This document shows, piece by piece, positions 50,073 to 59,998 of a stretch of DNA of 64,000 bases. The stretch's first letter is position 1; every line of letters begins with the position of its first letter. The stretch is taken from contig CAYPFW010000003.1 in the NCBI GenBank assembly GCA_964410585.1, positions 32,001-96,000 on the forward strand, in the 5' to 3' direction. A program made the position numbers and the translations under genes. Below the pieces are notes generated by a model that worked only from the letters and a program-made list of their open reading frames with translations, was not told the DNA's origin and ran no database searches. Source of the stretch: an uncultured archaeon (GTDB lineage: Archaea > Aenigmatarchaeota > Aenigmatarchaeia > QMZP01 > JACQNV01).

Positions 50073-51491
50073 AGAGTATATTCTAAACCTATTAGTTTCA
50101 AATAAAAGAACAAGTTGGAGCTTCATATCGTAGGTTATTATATATCTAGTTTTGTTCTGTTTTGCAATCTCTACAATGCCCCTTTCATTTTTCAGCATAT
50201 AATAATCAGCAAGTTCTTTGTACAGACCTCTATTGGGAAAACTTAGAGGCATTAATCCTGTTGTAAAAAAATCACTATTTGAAAAGTAAACAGGTCTTTT
50301 TGACCATGACCTTATAGCACCCCAATCAGGCGGTATTAGAAGGGTCTCATTCTTTTCCAAGTTTTTGTCTATCCACATGCTCAATTTTATCACATCGGCA
50401 ATTTCACTGGAGTATACAGACTGATTTTTAGTTATCCCATTAAAGACAGTCGAATAGTATAAACTGCTGAAATACAAAAGAAGTATTAAAAATACACCTA
50501 TGGCGGCGATTTTTTTCCTTTCAAATAAGTACGAAACACAAAAAGATGAAAATATAAATGAAAAGAAAATCACATACTTAATTGATCTATAGAAGGTTGC
50601 TAGAAGGATTTTTTCACTAAAAATTCCACCTAAACTTAGGAGAGAATAAAATGTTATCAGAACCAACCACAAAAATATTTCCTTATTCTTCCTATATGAA
50701 AGGATAAATCCTATAATTATAATCGGTATATACTTCGCTATGGTCAAAAAACCATTAAACAAATTGGCGTATGGTATCACTTGAATGACATCGGGATCTA
50801 TTTGGCTTGAACCCAGACCAGTTAGAAATATGAACGGTATAACCAAAACAGAAAAAATAATCAAGAATTTTATAAAAGAAACATATTCTTTTTTTGATAT
50901 ATATGAATAAAAAAATATAATCGCTATAGGTACGACGCTAAAAACATGAAAATATGATAATATTCCTAATCCAACAAAACATGGAATTGAGTATTTTTTT
51001 CTATCCTTTAAAAATAGGTAGAGTATGAGCGGCATAAATGCAAAGGCAAAGTTTTTTGGCACAACTTCGCTTATACCAATTTCATCAGCCCCCATAAAGT
51101 GCGTGAATGCTAGAATGGCAGTTGACAAAAGAGCCAAATTGTTCTTTTTCAATATATATCGGCTTAAGAGGAAAACAGAGAAAATAAAAACTATTTTTAG
51201 GAATAAAAGCAATAAAAAATAGGTTAGAAACATGCTAGATGAAATATTATATAAAAAGGCCACAAATGGAAACAAAAGACTAGGATATATCTTAAGGTAC
51301 TCACTTATTAGGAGATCATTGGAGAAAAATCCATCATTAGAGAGATAATATGCAGCAGGTATTTGTATCATTTGGTCATTGTTTTCCCAATTGCCTTGTA
51401 TTGGTGTTAAAGAATAGTTAGCGAACTTGAATTCTAGAATCGAAGAAAAAATTATTAATATACAAATGGCTATTATGATCTTATTTTTCAT
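50061..51491 (-). CDS. Multi-pass membrane protein, probable GT-C glycosyltransferase
   Basis: NDQ..Q loop, F.NDL, many TM helices, C-terminal WIDKN...TLLIPP...R..SKR. Confidence 0.55.
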   Translation of the reverse strand: MKNKIIIAICILIIFSSILEFKFANYSLTPIQGNWENNDQMIQIPAAYYLSNDGFFSNDLLISEYLKIYPSLLFPFVAFLYNISSSMFLTYFLLLLFLKIVFIFSVFLLSRYILKKNNLALLSTAILAFTHFMGADEIGISEVVPKNFAFAFMPLILYLFLKDRKKYSIPCFVGLGILSYFHVFSVVPIAIIFFYSYISKKEYVSFIKFLIIFSVLVIPFIFLTGLGSSQIDPDVIQVIPYANLFNGFLTIAKYIPIIIIGFILSYRKNKEIFLWLVLITFYSLLSLGGIFSEKILLATFYRSIKYVIFFSFIFSSFCVSYLFERKKIAAIGVFLILLLYFSSLYYSTVFNGITKNQSVYSSEIADVIKLSMWIDKNLEKNETLLIPPDWGAIRSWSKRPVYFSNSDFFTTGLMPLSFPNRGLYKELADYYMLKNERGIVEIAKQNKTRYIITYDMKLQLVLLFETNRFRIYSLFT

Positions 51492-52785
51492 AATTTAGAT
51501 ATTTTTTAACTTCTTCTGCTGTTTCAAAACCAGATTCTGCTGCTACTCCAGTAGAAGGCATTTTTGGATAGGTACAGTATATTCCAGCCAAAAACAAACC
51601 TCTGATAGGGGTTATAGGCCCTGGCATATACTTGCTGTACTCTTTATCATATATAGGCCACGCAAGGTTGCTTTTTGTGATATTTTCATGTTTAATAAGT
51701 TCTTTTATTTTTGGATTTATTTTTTTAAGAGAGTTCATATAACATTCAGATATACTCCTTTCTGTTTTTTCCCACAGATCATTATTTTCATTCAGATATG
51801 TAAAAACATATAATATCGTACCATCAACCTTTCCTGAGTATATCTTAAGATCGTGTTGTAAAATGCCGCCAAAAGGCCAATCACCATAACAAAAATTCAC
51901 CCAATCAAAATCTTTAATTGGTTTTTTATCTAATATGTAAAAAGCATTAATTATATATTTGTATTTTATTTTAGAAATTTGATTGGCAAAATCAGCTGGC
52001 AGACTAACAAGCCTCGGAAGAATTGGGGTAGGTAATGTACTCACTACAACATCTGCTTCTATAAACTCCGTTCTTTTATTTTTCTCTATTTCCACCCCCA
52101 AAACTTTATTGTTCTTTGAAATTATTCGCTTTACATCCGCCTCAATTATGAATTTTCCAGAGTTTTTTTCAACAGAATTTCTAATCGCATCTATTATTGT
52201 ATCGAATCCCCCTTGAACAAAACCATACTTTTCTCCACCCCTAACAGTATCAACAAGCCTATTATATAGCCACGATGCTGAGACATCCTCAAGTGTTTGA
52301 TTAAATTTAATTTTAGATAGTGGTTCGAACAAATTATTGCAGATGTTTTTGCTTGCAGATTTCGTTAGCCATTTTTTTGCACTTTGACCTTCTAGGTTTT
52401 TTTGCTTCTTTAGTCGCAATTTCAGTGCAAAAATTCCAAATCTTATCCTGTCTAAAAATGGAAGCGGTTTAAATTTCAGTAGATCTATAGGATTTGCTAT
52501 ACCGTAAATTTTACTGTTAAAAAAAAATCCCATTCTTATGTTTTCCCATCTAAGTTTATTTTCTAGACCTAAAATCCTTATTATATACAAAAGCGTTTTG
52601 TCTGTGCTTAGAATCCAGTGAGATCCCCACGGAATTTTTATATTTTTATAGTCCTTACTTGCAACAACTCCACCCAAATTAGACTGCTTTTCAACCACTG
52701 TTACATCATAATCTTTTGATAGTTTTAAAGCACAACCCAAACCAGCAAAACCAGCTCCGAGTATTATAACTTTTTTTTTAACCAT
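51481..52785 (-). CDS. FAD-dependent oxidoreductase (COG1232/protoporphyrinogen-oxidase or UGM-like fold)
   Basis: GAGFAGL, VVEK....GG, GGF..I, TPIRGLFLAG. Confidence 0.8.
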   Translation of the reverse strand: MVKKKVIILGAGFAGLGCALKLSKDYDVTVVEKQSNLGGVVASKDYKNIKIPWGSHWILSTDKTLLYIIRILGLENKLRWENIRMGFFFNSKIYGIANPIDLLKFKPLPFLDRIRFGIFALKLRLKKQKNLEGQSAKKWLTKSASKNICNNLFEPLSKIKFNQTLEDVSASWLYNRLVDTVRGGEKYGFVQGGFDTIIDAIRNSVEKNSGKFIIEADVKRIISKNNKVLGVEIEKNKRTEFIEADVVVSTLPTPILPRLVSLPADFANQISKIKYKYIINAFYILDKKPIKDFDWVNFCYGDWPFGGILQHDLKIYSGKVDGTILYVFTYLNENNDLWEKTERSISECYMNSLKKINPKIKELIKHENITKSNLAWPIYDKEYSKYMPGPITPIRGLFLAGIYCTYPKMPSTGVAAESGFETAEEVKKYLNYEK

Positions 52786-52845
52786 ATTGTAGCATAAACT
52801 TTTTTGTATATATCCTTAATCCTATGTTAATATTGGTTTCCCATG

Positions 52846-54309
52846 TCAGCTGTTTTCGTATTTTTTAAATAAGTAAAATTTCTCAGATGTGACAAAAACT
52901 TCATTATTTTTTATGCAGTAATTAAGTATACTCAATGTTTTCATTTTCTCTTCACAAGTGAATGTTTTTACAACAATCGGGGTTATGTCAAAATGCAAAT
53001 TGACTAAGCCTCTTATAAGATCTTCTTGCTCTAACATAAGTAAGCTTTTGCCGGGATTCTGCTTAAGTAGGTTATCAAATGAACCTAGAATCTGGTTTTC
53101 GTGCTGAGTTTTTGTATATTGGGAGTAAATACTTAGTGAACCAATTGATAGAATTACAAGAAGTAAGTAAACTATAATGATTTTTTTCCATTTATTTTGG
53201 AATAAATTAAGTGAGCTTGCTAAAACTATTGAGAGAAATGGCATGCCAGCAAGCATATATCGTGCTGCTGTGTTGCTAGCCATAATTGGTGCCTGAACTA
53301 ATCCATGTAACAAAAAAAGTATAGGAAGGGGTAATAAAATCAGAAATAATTTTCTTTGCCTATAAGCAGCATATAAAAACAGAGAATAAATTGGAAGGAA
53401 AAAAACGCTCAAGGTAAACCTTACCAGCTCTACAAAGTTTCCATTGAGCGTAAGAAGAGAAGATTCTATAGCCCCTCTTCCCAATGGTAGACCAAAACTC
53501 TGTTGATATGCGTCTATAGCCCTTTGCATATGTGTATCAATCGGCGTGGAAAACATATACTCTAAGGAAAAACTGCTTATACGCGGATCAGGGTGATAGA
53601 GGAGAGTCCCATGGATTTCTAGATTTCTAATATATATCCACCCACTGATAACCAGGACGCCCAATATCATTACACCCAATAATTTGAATTTTTGTTTGCG
53701 ATCTGTTTTTAGTAAAAATATCATAAGAATTAGGCCTGCTATGGAAATAATGGACTGATACCTTGTCATCATTAAAAGTCCGGAAAGGGCAAACAACAGA
53801 GGATATGTAAACTTATTTTGGTTTTTGATTATGATCCAAGCAGCGGCTATTGTAAGAAACAATAGGAGTCCTTCATGCATATTTCCAAGAGAAATTGCTA
53901 TTGTCGGTGTTAAGAAACTGAAAAATCCATATGTTATTATTTTTTGGATCTGAGAGAGTTTATACAGTCTTGCTATTTTGGAAAGTATAAATAAAGTGGA
54001 TGCAAAAATCAGAACACTAAATGCTTTTGAAAGTATGATGAAATAGCTAGGTAGGGTTTTATAGATAAGGGCATTTATCCAGTAAAGGAGGGGGCCATAA
54101 TAGGGTATGAAACTCATCACTGGCTCTTTTTCTGGAAAGATGTTGTTTGAAATGGCTATATTCTTTGCTATTAGAAGGAAAGGTACTTCCTCACCTATTC
54201 TATAGGTGGGTGCCATTGTAAAAAGCATGAAAATTCTACTAATTATTATTAAAATAAGGAAGGCAGTTACTGGGTTTTGTTTTATTTTTAACAGAAAACT
54301 GTTATTCAT
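52846..54309 (-). CDS. Multi-pass membrane protein, probable GT-C glycosyltransferase
   Basis: GEE loop, YYGPLLYW, W.YIRNL..HG, ARY. Confidence 0.6.
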   Translation of the reverse strand: MNNSFLLKIKQNPVTAFLILIIISRIFMLFTMAPTYRIGEEVPFLLIAKNIAISNNIFPEKEPVMSFIPYYGPLLYWINALIYKTLPSYFIILSKAFSVLIFASTLFILSKIARLYKLSQIQKIITYGFFSFLTPTIAISLGNMHEGLLLFLTIAAAWIIIKNQNKFTYPLLFALSGLLMMTRYQSIISIAGLILMIFLLKTDRKQKFKLLGVMILGVLVISGWIYIRNLEIHGTLLYHPDPRISSFSLEYMFSTPIDTHMQRAIDAYQQSFGLPLGRGAIESSLLTLNGNFVELVRFTLSVFFLPIYSLFLYAAYRQRKLFLILLPLPILFLLHGLVQAPIMASNTAARYMLAGMPFLSIVLASSLNLFQNKWKKIIIVYLLLVILSIGSLSIYSQYTKTQHENQILGSFDNLLKQNPGKSLLMLEQEDLIRGLVNLHFDITPIVVKTFTCEEKMKTLSILNYCIKNNEVFVTSEKFYLFKKYENS

Positions 54310-54338
54310 AGTTCATTTGAGACATGTGGGTATAAAAA

Positions 54339-55289
54339 TTAGACCCCAAGTTCTTTTTTCCACCAATTTAAAGTCTCATTTAAACCGCTGTCTAGCTCTA
54401 TTTTTGGTTTATAACCAAACGAATTAAAAGCTTTTGATATGTCTGGTATACACCTTTTGAAATCAGCTGTCCTTTGGGGACCAAAAATAGGCTCTAATTT
54501 TTTTCCAGAAAGTTTTATCAATAGTTTTGCAAGATCTACTACACTTATTTCTTTCCCATAACCTATATTATAAACCTCACCATTTGTATTTTTACTTTCT
54601 GCAGCGAGCAAATTAGCATTTACCACATCAGAAACATGGACAAAGTCTCTTGTTTGCTTACCATCACCAAAGATTATTGGGTTTTCATTACTAAGAATTT
54701 TCTTAATGAAAATTGGAATTACTCCGCTTTCTGATTTTTCCGATCTTTGACCAGCACCATAAATATTTGTATATCGAAGTCTAACTGTATTCAATCCATA
54801 TGCCTCAAAAAAACACATACAATAGGCCTCAACTGCAAATTTTGCAGCAGCGTAAGGAGAAACCAATTGTACAGGGTGCTTCTCATCAATAGGTAAATAT
54901 TTCGGGTTAAAATAAACATTGGTCGAAGCAAAAAGAAATTTTTTAACATCACACTGTCTTGCTACATCTAGCATGCTAAAGCCACCATTTACGTTTATAT
55001 CAAAATCAAAATCTGGTTCCTGGACAGCCTTCGCTGGATTTATTTGGGCAGCCTCGTGGAAGACTATATCTATGTCACTACAAACCCTTTTAACAAGACC
55101 TTTGTCTCTAATGTCTCCTTCGATCAGTTTGACATTTTTACTTTTCAGTAAATGTTCAACATTTTCCCTAAAACCTGATAAGAAATTATCCAAGAGTATT
55201 ATATCGTTATTTTCATACAGCTTTTCTGCTATATGAGACCCAACAAAACCTGCACCGCCAGTTATTAGTATTTTTTTGTCCTTTATCAT
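54339..55289 (-). CDS. NDP-sugar 4-epimerase-like SDR
   Basis: TGGAGFVGSH, HEAAQ, SPYAAAK, LRY.N.YG, GDGKQTRDFVHV. Confidence 0.9.
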   Translation of the reverse strand: MIKDKKILITGGAGFVGSHIAEKLYENNDIILLDNFLSGFRENVEHLLKSKNVKLIEGDIRDKGLVKRVCSDIDIVFHEAAQINPAKAVQEPDFDFDINVNGGFSMLDVARQCDVKKFLFASTNVYFNPKYLPIDEKHPVQLVSPYAAAKFAVEAYCMCFFEAYGLNTVRLRYTNIYGAGQRSEKSESGVIPIFIKKILSNENPIIFGDGKQTRDFVHVSDVVNANLLAAESKNTNGEVYNIGYGKEISVVDLAKLLIKLSGKKLEPIFGPQRTADFKRCIPDISKAFNSFGYKPKIELDSGLNETLNWWKKELGV

Positions 55290-55293
55290 ATAT

Positions 55294-56013
55294 TCAGAGT
55301 CTTATTCCACATCTTAGTTTGAATAAAGTAACTATTTCCTTTGTATAATCTTTCAGTGGATTCATTTTTGAAACTCCAAACTTTCTTTTGGTTAGGGTCA
55401 TTGGAACCTCTGTTATTTTATAACCCCGTTTCCTTGCTTTTACCACCATTTCTGGCAAGATATTAAAGCTATTCGATTTTAAGTCTAGACTGTTTACAAC
55501 ATCTCTTTTTACACCTCTAAAACCGTTTGTCACATCCTTAATTGGCATATTAAACAGTACTCTTATCAAAAGCCTACTCATATCGCTGACTAACCTTCTA
55601 TACCAAACAACATCAACCATTTTTCCGCCTTCTATGTATCTAGAACCAATAACGATGTCATAACCACCATTTATCGTTTCCAAAAATTTCAATATCTCGT
55701 TTGGATTGTGGGTAAGATCTGCATCCATAGTGGATACAATGCGTCCATATGCATTTCTATATCCAGTTTTAAGCGCGGCACCAAAGCCCATGTTTTTCCC
55801 GTGGTGGATGACTCTTATGAAATCATTTTTTCCCCTTTCCCCTTCCAAAATTTTATCACTACCATCTGTGCTACCATCGTTAACCAACAAAACCTCTGTT
55901 TTATATTTCCATTTTTTAATAGTTTTTTTGAGATTAGATATAAGGTAACATATATTTTCTTTTTCATTAAAAACAGGAATTACAATAGTTAAATCCAGTT
56001 TAGTTTTGTCCAT
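55294..56013 (-). CDS. GT2 polyprenol-phosphate sugar synthase (DPM1-like)
   Basis: IPVFNE.EN, NDGSTD, GFGAALKTG, MDADLTHNP, GSRY, DVTNGFR. Confidence 0.9.
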   Translation of the reverse strand: MDKTKLDLTIVIPVFNEKENICYLISNLKKTIKKWKYKTEVLLVNDGSTDGSDKILEGERGKNDFIRVIHHGKNMGFGAALKTGYRNAYGRIVSTMDADLTHNPNEILKFLETINGGYDIVIGSRYIEGGKMVDVVWYRRLVSDMSRLLIRVLFNMPIKDVTNGFRGVKRDVVNSLDLKSNSFNILPEMVVKARKRGYKITEVPMTLTKRKFGVSKMNPLKDYTKEIVTLFKLRCGIRL

Positions 56014-56140
56014 ATAAATCCATAATAATGGTTGCCAGTTTAAAAACCTGATAGTGTTGAGTAGCAAACAGCTGCAACGGATCAATAGATTTAGACTACG
56101 CTATTTAAATCTATAGGCATATACAAGATAATAAAGTTTT

Positions 56141-57097
56141 ATGTATAATCTTAGAAATAAATCGGTGCTTGTAACAGGCGGATCAGGATTTATAGGATCT
56201 CATCTAACTGAAAGATTAGTCCATGAAGGTGCTAGTGTTCATGTTATAACAAGATCAGAATCTTCAGATAATTTGAAGTTTGTAAAGGACAAGATTTTTT
56301 TACATGTAGCTGATATTTGTGATAGGGAACACATCACTAAACTAATTAGAGAAATAAAACCAAAAAAAATTTATCATTTGGCAGCATCTTTAAAGAGAGA
56401 TCGGGATCCCAAAATTATAGACCATGTGATGAATATCAATTTTCATGGAACACTTAATTTATTGGATGCTGTTAAAGCTTCAGATCTAGAAAGCTTTGTT
56501 TTTACTAGCACATCTGATGTTTATGGATCTAATAAATCCCCTTTTTATGAGGAGCAACAGATAGACCCAATAAACCCATATTCATTGTCAAAGGCTGCAG
56601 CAGAACTTACATGCAAAATGTATTTCAAAACATTTGGCGTTCCTATTGTTATTTTGAGACCGTTTCTAACATACGGACCAAGACAAAAGCCAAATTTGCT
56701 GATACCAGAGATAATAATGTCAGCACTCAAGAAGAAAGAATTTAGAATGACAAAGGGCGAGCAGCAAAGGGATATTAATTTCATTGATGACCTTGTTGAA
56801 GCTTTAATTAAATCATCAGTAAGTAAAGAGGCTATAGGTGAAACTCTAAATATAGGCAGTGGGAACAAATATAAAATAGTAGATATAGTTGAAACAATTT
56901 TAGATATAATGGGAAATCCAATAGAACCAAATGTGGGAGCACTGCCTTATAGAGAAAATGAAGTTTGGGAAATGTATTGCGATAATACAAAGGCTAAAAA
57001 AGTTCTTGGATGGGAACCCAAAACAAACCTAACAGATGGTCTAAAAAAGACAATTAAATGGTATGAAGAAAATTATATATCAACTAAATATGATTAA
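56141..57097 (+). CDS. NDP-sugar epimerase/dehydratase (extended SDR)
   Basis: TGGSGFIGSH, HLAA, PYSLSK, RPF.TYGP. Confidence 0.9.
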   Translation: MYNLRNKSVLVTGGSGFIGSHLTERLVHEGASVHVITRSESSDNLKFVKDKIFLHVADICDREHITKLIREIKPKKIYHLAASLKRDRDPKIIDHVMNINFHGTLNLLDAVKASDLESFVFTSTSDVYGSNKSPFYEEQQIDPINPYSLSKAAAELTCKMYFKTFGVPIVILRPFLTYGPRQKPNLLIPEIIMSALKKKEFRMTKGEQQRDINFIDDLVEALIKSSVSKEAIGETLNIGSGNKYKIVDIVETILDIMGNPIEPNVGALPYRENEVWEMYCDNTKAKKVLGWEPKTNLTDGLKKTIKWYEENYISTKYD

Positions 57098-57779
57098 CAA
57101 ATCTATATTTTATTATATTCTTCAAAAACTCTAGAGCTGTTGTAATTTTTACAGCAGATTTTCCGTGCTCCCTGTGTTTCTCTTTTACATGTATTTTACA
57201 AGTTTTAACTTTTCTTTTATAAACATTTATACAAAATTCAGTATCAATAAACCAATCTTTCGAGGTCAGAGTAAATGATTTGTAGAGCTGTCTAGTTATC
57301 ATTTTCGGTTTAGAGTTAACATCATAAAAATTTTTCAAGAACAGGGTATCTAATAAAATATTATAAATGAAAGATTCTATACGCCTTACTATGCTTTGTC
57401 CCCTATTGTCTCTTTGTGAAAAACCAACAACAGACTTTGTATCAATCATTTTTTTAAATAGTGTATAAAAATAGTTGCTATCTATTGTATTATCACCGTC
57501 TATCCATCCTATTATTTTTCCTTTGGCAGCATTCATTCCAAATGTTATCCCATATCCATAGCCTAAATTATTTTTAATATCTACTAAAACTACCCTACTG
57601 TCTCTGCGTCTCAAATTCTTTATTATCTCCTTTGTCCTATCGCGCGATCCGTTATTAACCATTATTAACTCATACGATATTGATTCCCCAAGAGATTTTT
57701 TAATATCTTTGTATAATTTTTCTATATTATTTTCTTCATTGAAAAATGGAATAACTAGAGATAAATCTAAACTTTTCAT
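57084..57779 (-). CDS. GT2 polyprenol-phosphate sugar synthase-like
   Basis: IPFFNEE.NI, NNGSRD, NLGYG.GI..G, IDGD, DVNSKPK, WFIDTE. Confidence 0.85.
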   Translation of the reverse strand: MKSLDLSLVIPFFNEENNIEKLYKDIKKSLGESISYELIMVNNGSRDRTKEIIKNLRRRDSRVVLVDIKNNLGYGYGITFGMNAAKGKIIGWIDGDNTIDSNYFYTLFKKMIDTKSVVGFSQRDNRGQSIVRRIESFIYNILLDTLFLKNFYDVNSKPKMITRQLYKSFTLTSKDWFIDTEFCINVYKRKVKTCKIHVKEKHREHGKSAVKITTALEFLKNIIKYRFVNHI

Positions 57780-57812
57780 ATTATAAATAAACCAATTAAT
57801 TGGCTTATATAT

Positions 57813-59573
57813 CTACTCAATAACGGTCCACCACCTTGAATAAGAATCAAAAGCAGGGAGCTCTGCATACTCTACCAATCTGGTTGTATTAATCAATTCG
57901 TATATTGTACTCTTTTCAGTTTTATAGACAGGTTTAAACGCGTCTGAAGTCTCAAAACTAAATGGAAGAATACCATATTCATTCAAAAAACTTTTTTCAT
58001 TTGCACCAAAAATAAAATATTTAGCCCCATATTTATCAATAAGCTTTTTTGAAGGTTCTTTATACAGCGATAGAAGCTCTCCAAATCTTAATTTTACATC
58101 CTTGCTATTGTATAACCATGGTATTAGGAAGAAGGGTTCACATATTATTTCACGTCTTTCACTTAGACCAGCATAACTAGGAATTGGAGCTGTTATTATT
58201 ATATCTTTGATATCTGTGTTTTCCTTTAACCATTTTGAAACTAGATATTCGTCTGTTTCTACTGTCGGTTTAACCTTATAAAATGCGAATGTTTGTATGC
58301 CCACATAAGGTATAAAAATGATTAACGCTATTATAAAAATTAATGCTGTAGCTTTCTTATTTAGTTTTTGAATAAAGTCTAGTCCCAAAAGACCTATTGG
58401 AAATACCGTATATATCATAAATCTTTCTATGTTTGTGCTATCTCTCATGACAAAAATATTAACGAAAATAAATACAAAAATTATTGAATATATCAATGTA
58501 CGTTTTGGCTCTTTCGAATTGTTACCAATCACAATAGATCCTACGAAAATTAGGATAAAGAAAGAAAACTCTTTCAAATAGTTAAATGAAATTAGTGTTG
58601 CAAATGGCAAAACAAGAAAAGCCGACAGGGCTTGACCTTTAATTATAGCTATATAAGGTATAGAAACTACAAAGCCTGATATAATGTATAGTATATTAAG
58701 CAGAGACTCCTTTTTAAAATCAAGGAGTTTTCTGACACAGAATGCTAATATAACTAAAACTGAAAATCCAAAAGATAAACCGTGAATATAAATCATTGAT
58801 CCGGCAATAGCACCGGATATAATGCCACTCCTAAAAGATTTTTTTTTCAGAAAGTCCAAAAGATAATAAATAAAAATTAGAACAATTGGTAAAACCTGGT
58901 TTGGTGGATTCGCAACTTGAAAGCTTGAGTAGAAAAACGCGGCCAGTATAAATGCGAAAAAAGTGCTGAGAAGTTTATTGTTTGAATATTTTAACCCAAG
59001 CATAAAGGCAGCCGAAATAAAAAGCAACATTGAATATACTATATATATGGGGTAGGCAACAAAAATTGGGAGACCAGAATATATTTCTTGTAATGCCATT
59101 AATAGATTAAAAAACCACGGGTAGTGATAAACATAACCAGCAAAACAACCCATCTCGGGTGGGAATGTTTGTATGTTTTTTATATGGTTTGTTGCTGTTT
59201 GATAGAACATCGGATCGGCGCTTGCTGTATACATTGAATTAGGTAGAATTGATATTATAATCAGTAAACAAAAAATGCAAAGAAGTAAATAAATCAGTTT
59301 TCCTGTACTTACTTTTTCGATTTTTTGATGTTTTTTTAAAGATAAAATTATTCCAATAACTATCAATATTGGGACGATAATTATCGAGTAGTAAAAGCCT
59401 ATTAAAGATGAAAAAATAAAAAACAGAGCTGGCATTAAAATAAGACCGAATACTTGTGGAACTACTATCCTTTCTAGATTGTTACTTGTTTTGAAAAGTA
59501 GACGATATGGAATGTAACCTAAAAGGTAACAAAATAACCAAAAAATAATCCACATTAAAAAATTTAGCATCAT
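57813..59573 (-). CDS. Multi-pass membrane protein, probable GT-C glycosyltransferase
   Basis: ADP.FY, Y.YHYPW, many TM helices, C-terminal WLKENT...II...GLSER...KYGAKY..G..E. Confidence 0.6.
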   Translation of the reverse strand: MMLNFLMWIIFWLFCYLLGYIPYRLLFKTSNNLERIVVPQVFGLILMPALFFIFSSLIGFYYSIIIVPILIVIGIILSLKKHQKIEKVSTGKLIYLLLCIFCLLIIISILPNSMYTASADPMFYQTATNHIKNIQTFPPEMGCFAGYVYHYPWFFNLLMALQEIYSGLPIFVAYPIYIVYSMLLFISAAFMLGLKYSNNKLLSTFFAFILAAFFYSSFQVANPPNQVLPIVLIFIYYLLDFLKKKSFRSGIISGAIAGSMIYIHGLSFGFSVLVILAFCVRKLLDFKKESLLNILYIISGFVVSIPYIAIIKGQALSAFLVLPFATLISFNYLKEFSFFILIFVGSIVIGNNSKEPKRTLIYSIIFVFIFVNIFVMRDSTNIERFMIYTVFPIGLLGLDFIQKLNKKATALIFIIALIIFIPYVGIQTFAFYKVKPTVETDEYLVSKWLKENTDIKDIIITAPIPSYAGLSERREIICEPFFLIPWLYNSKDVKLRFGELLSLYKEPSKKLIDKYGAKYFIFGANEKSFLNEYGILPFSFETSDAFKPVYKTEKSTIYELINTTRLVEYAELPAFDSYSRWWTVIE

Positions 59574-59998
59574 ATAAATCCTCTTATATCATTGAGGTTT
59601 AGACCTTCTATTTTTATGTGACCCAACAAATATTCAGATATTAAAGTACTCTTAGGGTTGTAGTTAGCATAAATCAACGATCCCATTGAATGCTCATCCA
59701 TAATTATAGAAATATCTGCTTTACAATCTGTATAAATTCTTTTGACGTAAGAGCCGGAAACAGAGTAACATGCCTCTACAGTTTCACTACTTTTATCAAC
59801 TTTTATTAATATTGTTCTATTTCCAAAAATAGATTGGTCTAGATAATAATTAACAACTTTTGGATTTTCTAAGGATTTGAAAAATGCCTCTATGTTAGCA
59901 TTTGGAGCTGTACGTTCATCATAGAATATCTTACCTACTCCAAACAGAAAGAATATGGATATTAAAATAAATACAACCATCGTATACAGCTCTTTCAT
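59570..59998 (-). CDS. Membrane-anchored protein with SCP2 (sterol carrier)-like C-terminus
   Basis: N-terminal TM; ADISIIMD.....L....NP....Y..GHIKIEG resembles the SCP2 C-terminal signature. Confidence 0.5.
   Translation of the reverse strand: MKELYTMVVFILISIFFLFGVGKIFYDERTAPNANIEAFFKSLENPKVVNYYLDQSIFGNRTILIKVDKSSETVEACYSVSGSYVKRIYTDCKADISIIMDEHSMGSLIYANYNPKSTLISEYLLGHIKIEGLNLNDIRGFI

Noticed and set aside
41091-52530. A9-type homopolymer runs as phase-variation switches (e.g. near 41099, 46312, 49394, 52519)
   Set aside because: Expected in AT-rich DNA; all host ORFs are in frame and no long G/C tracts were seen.
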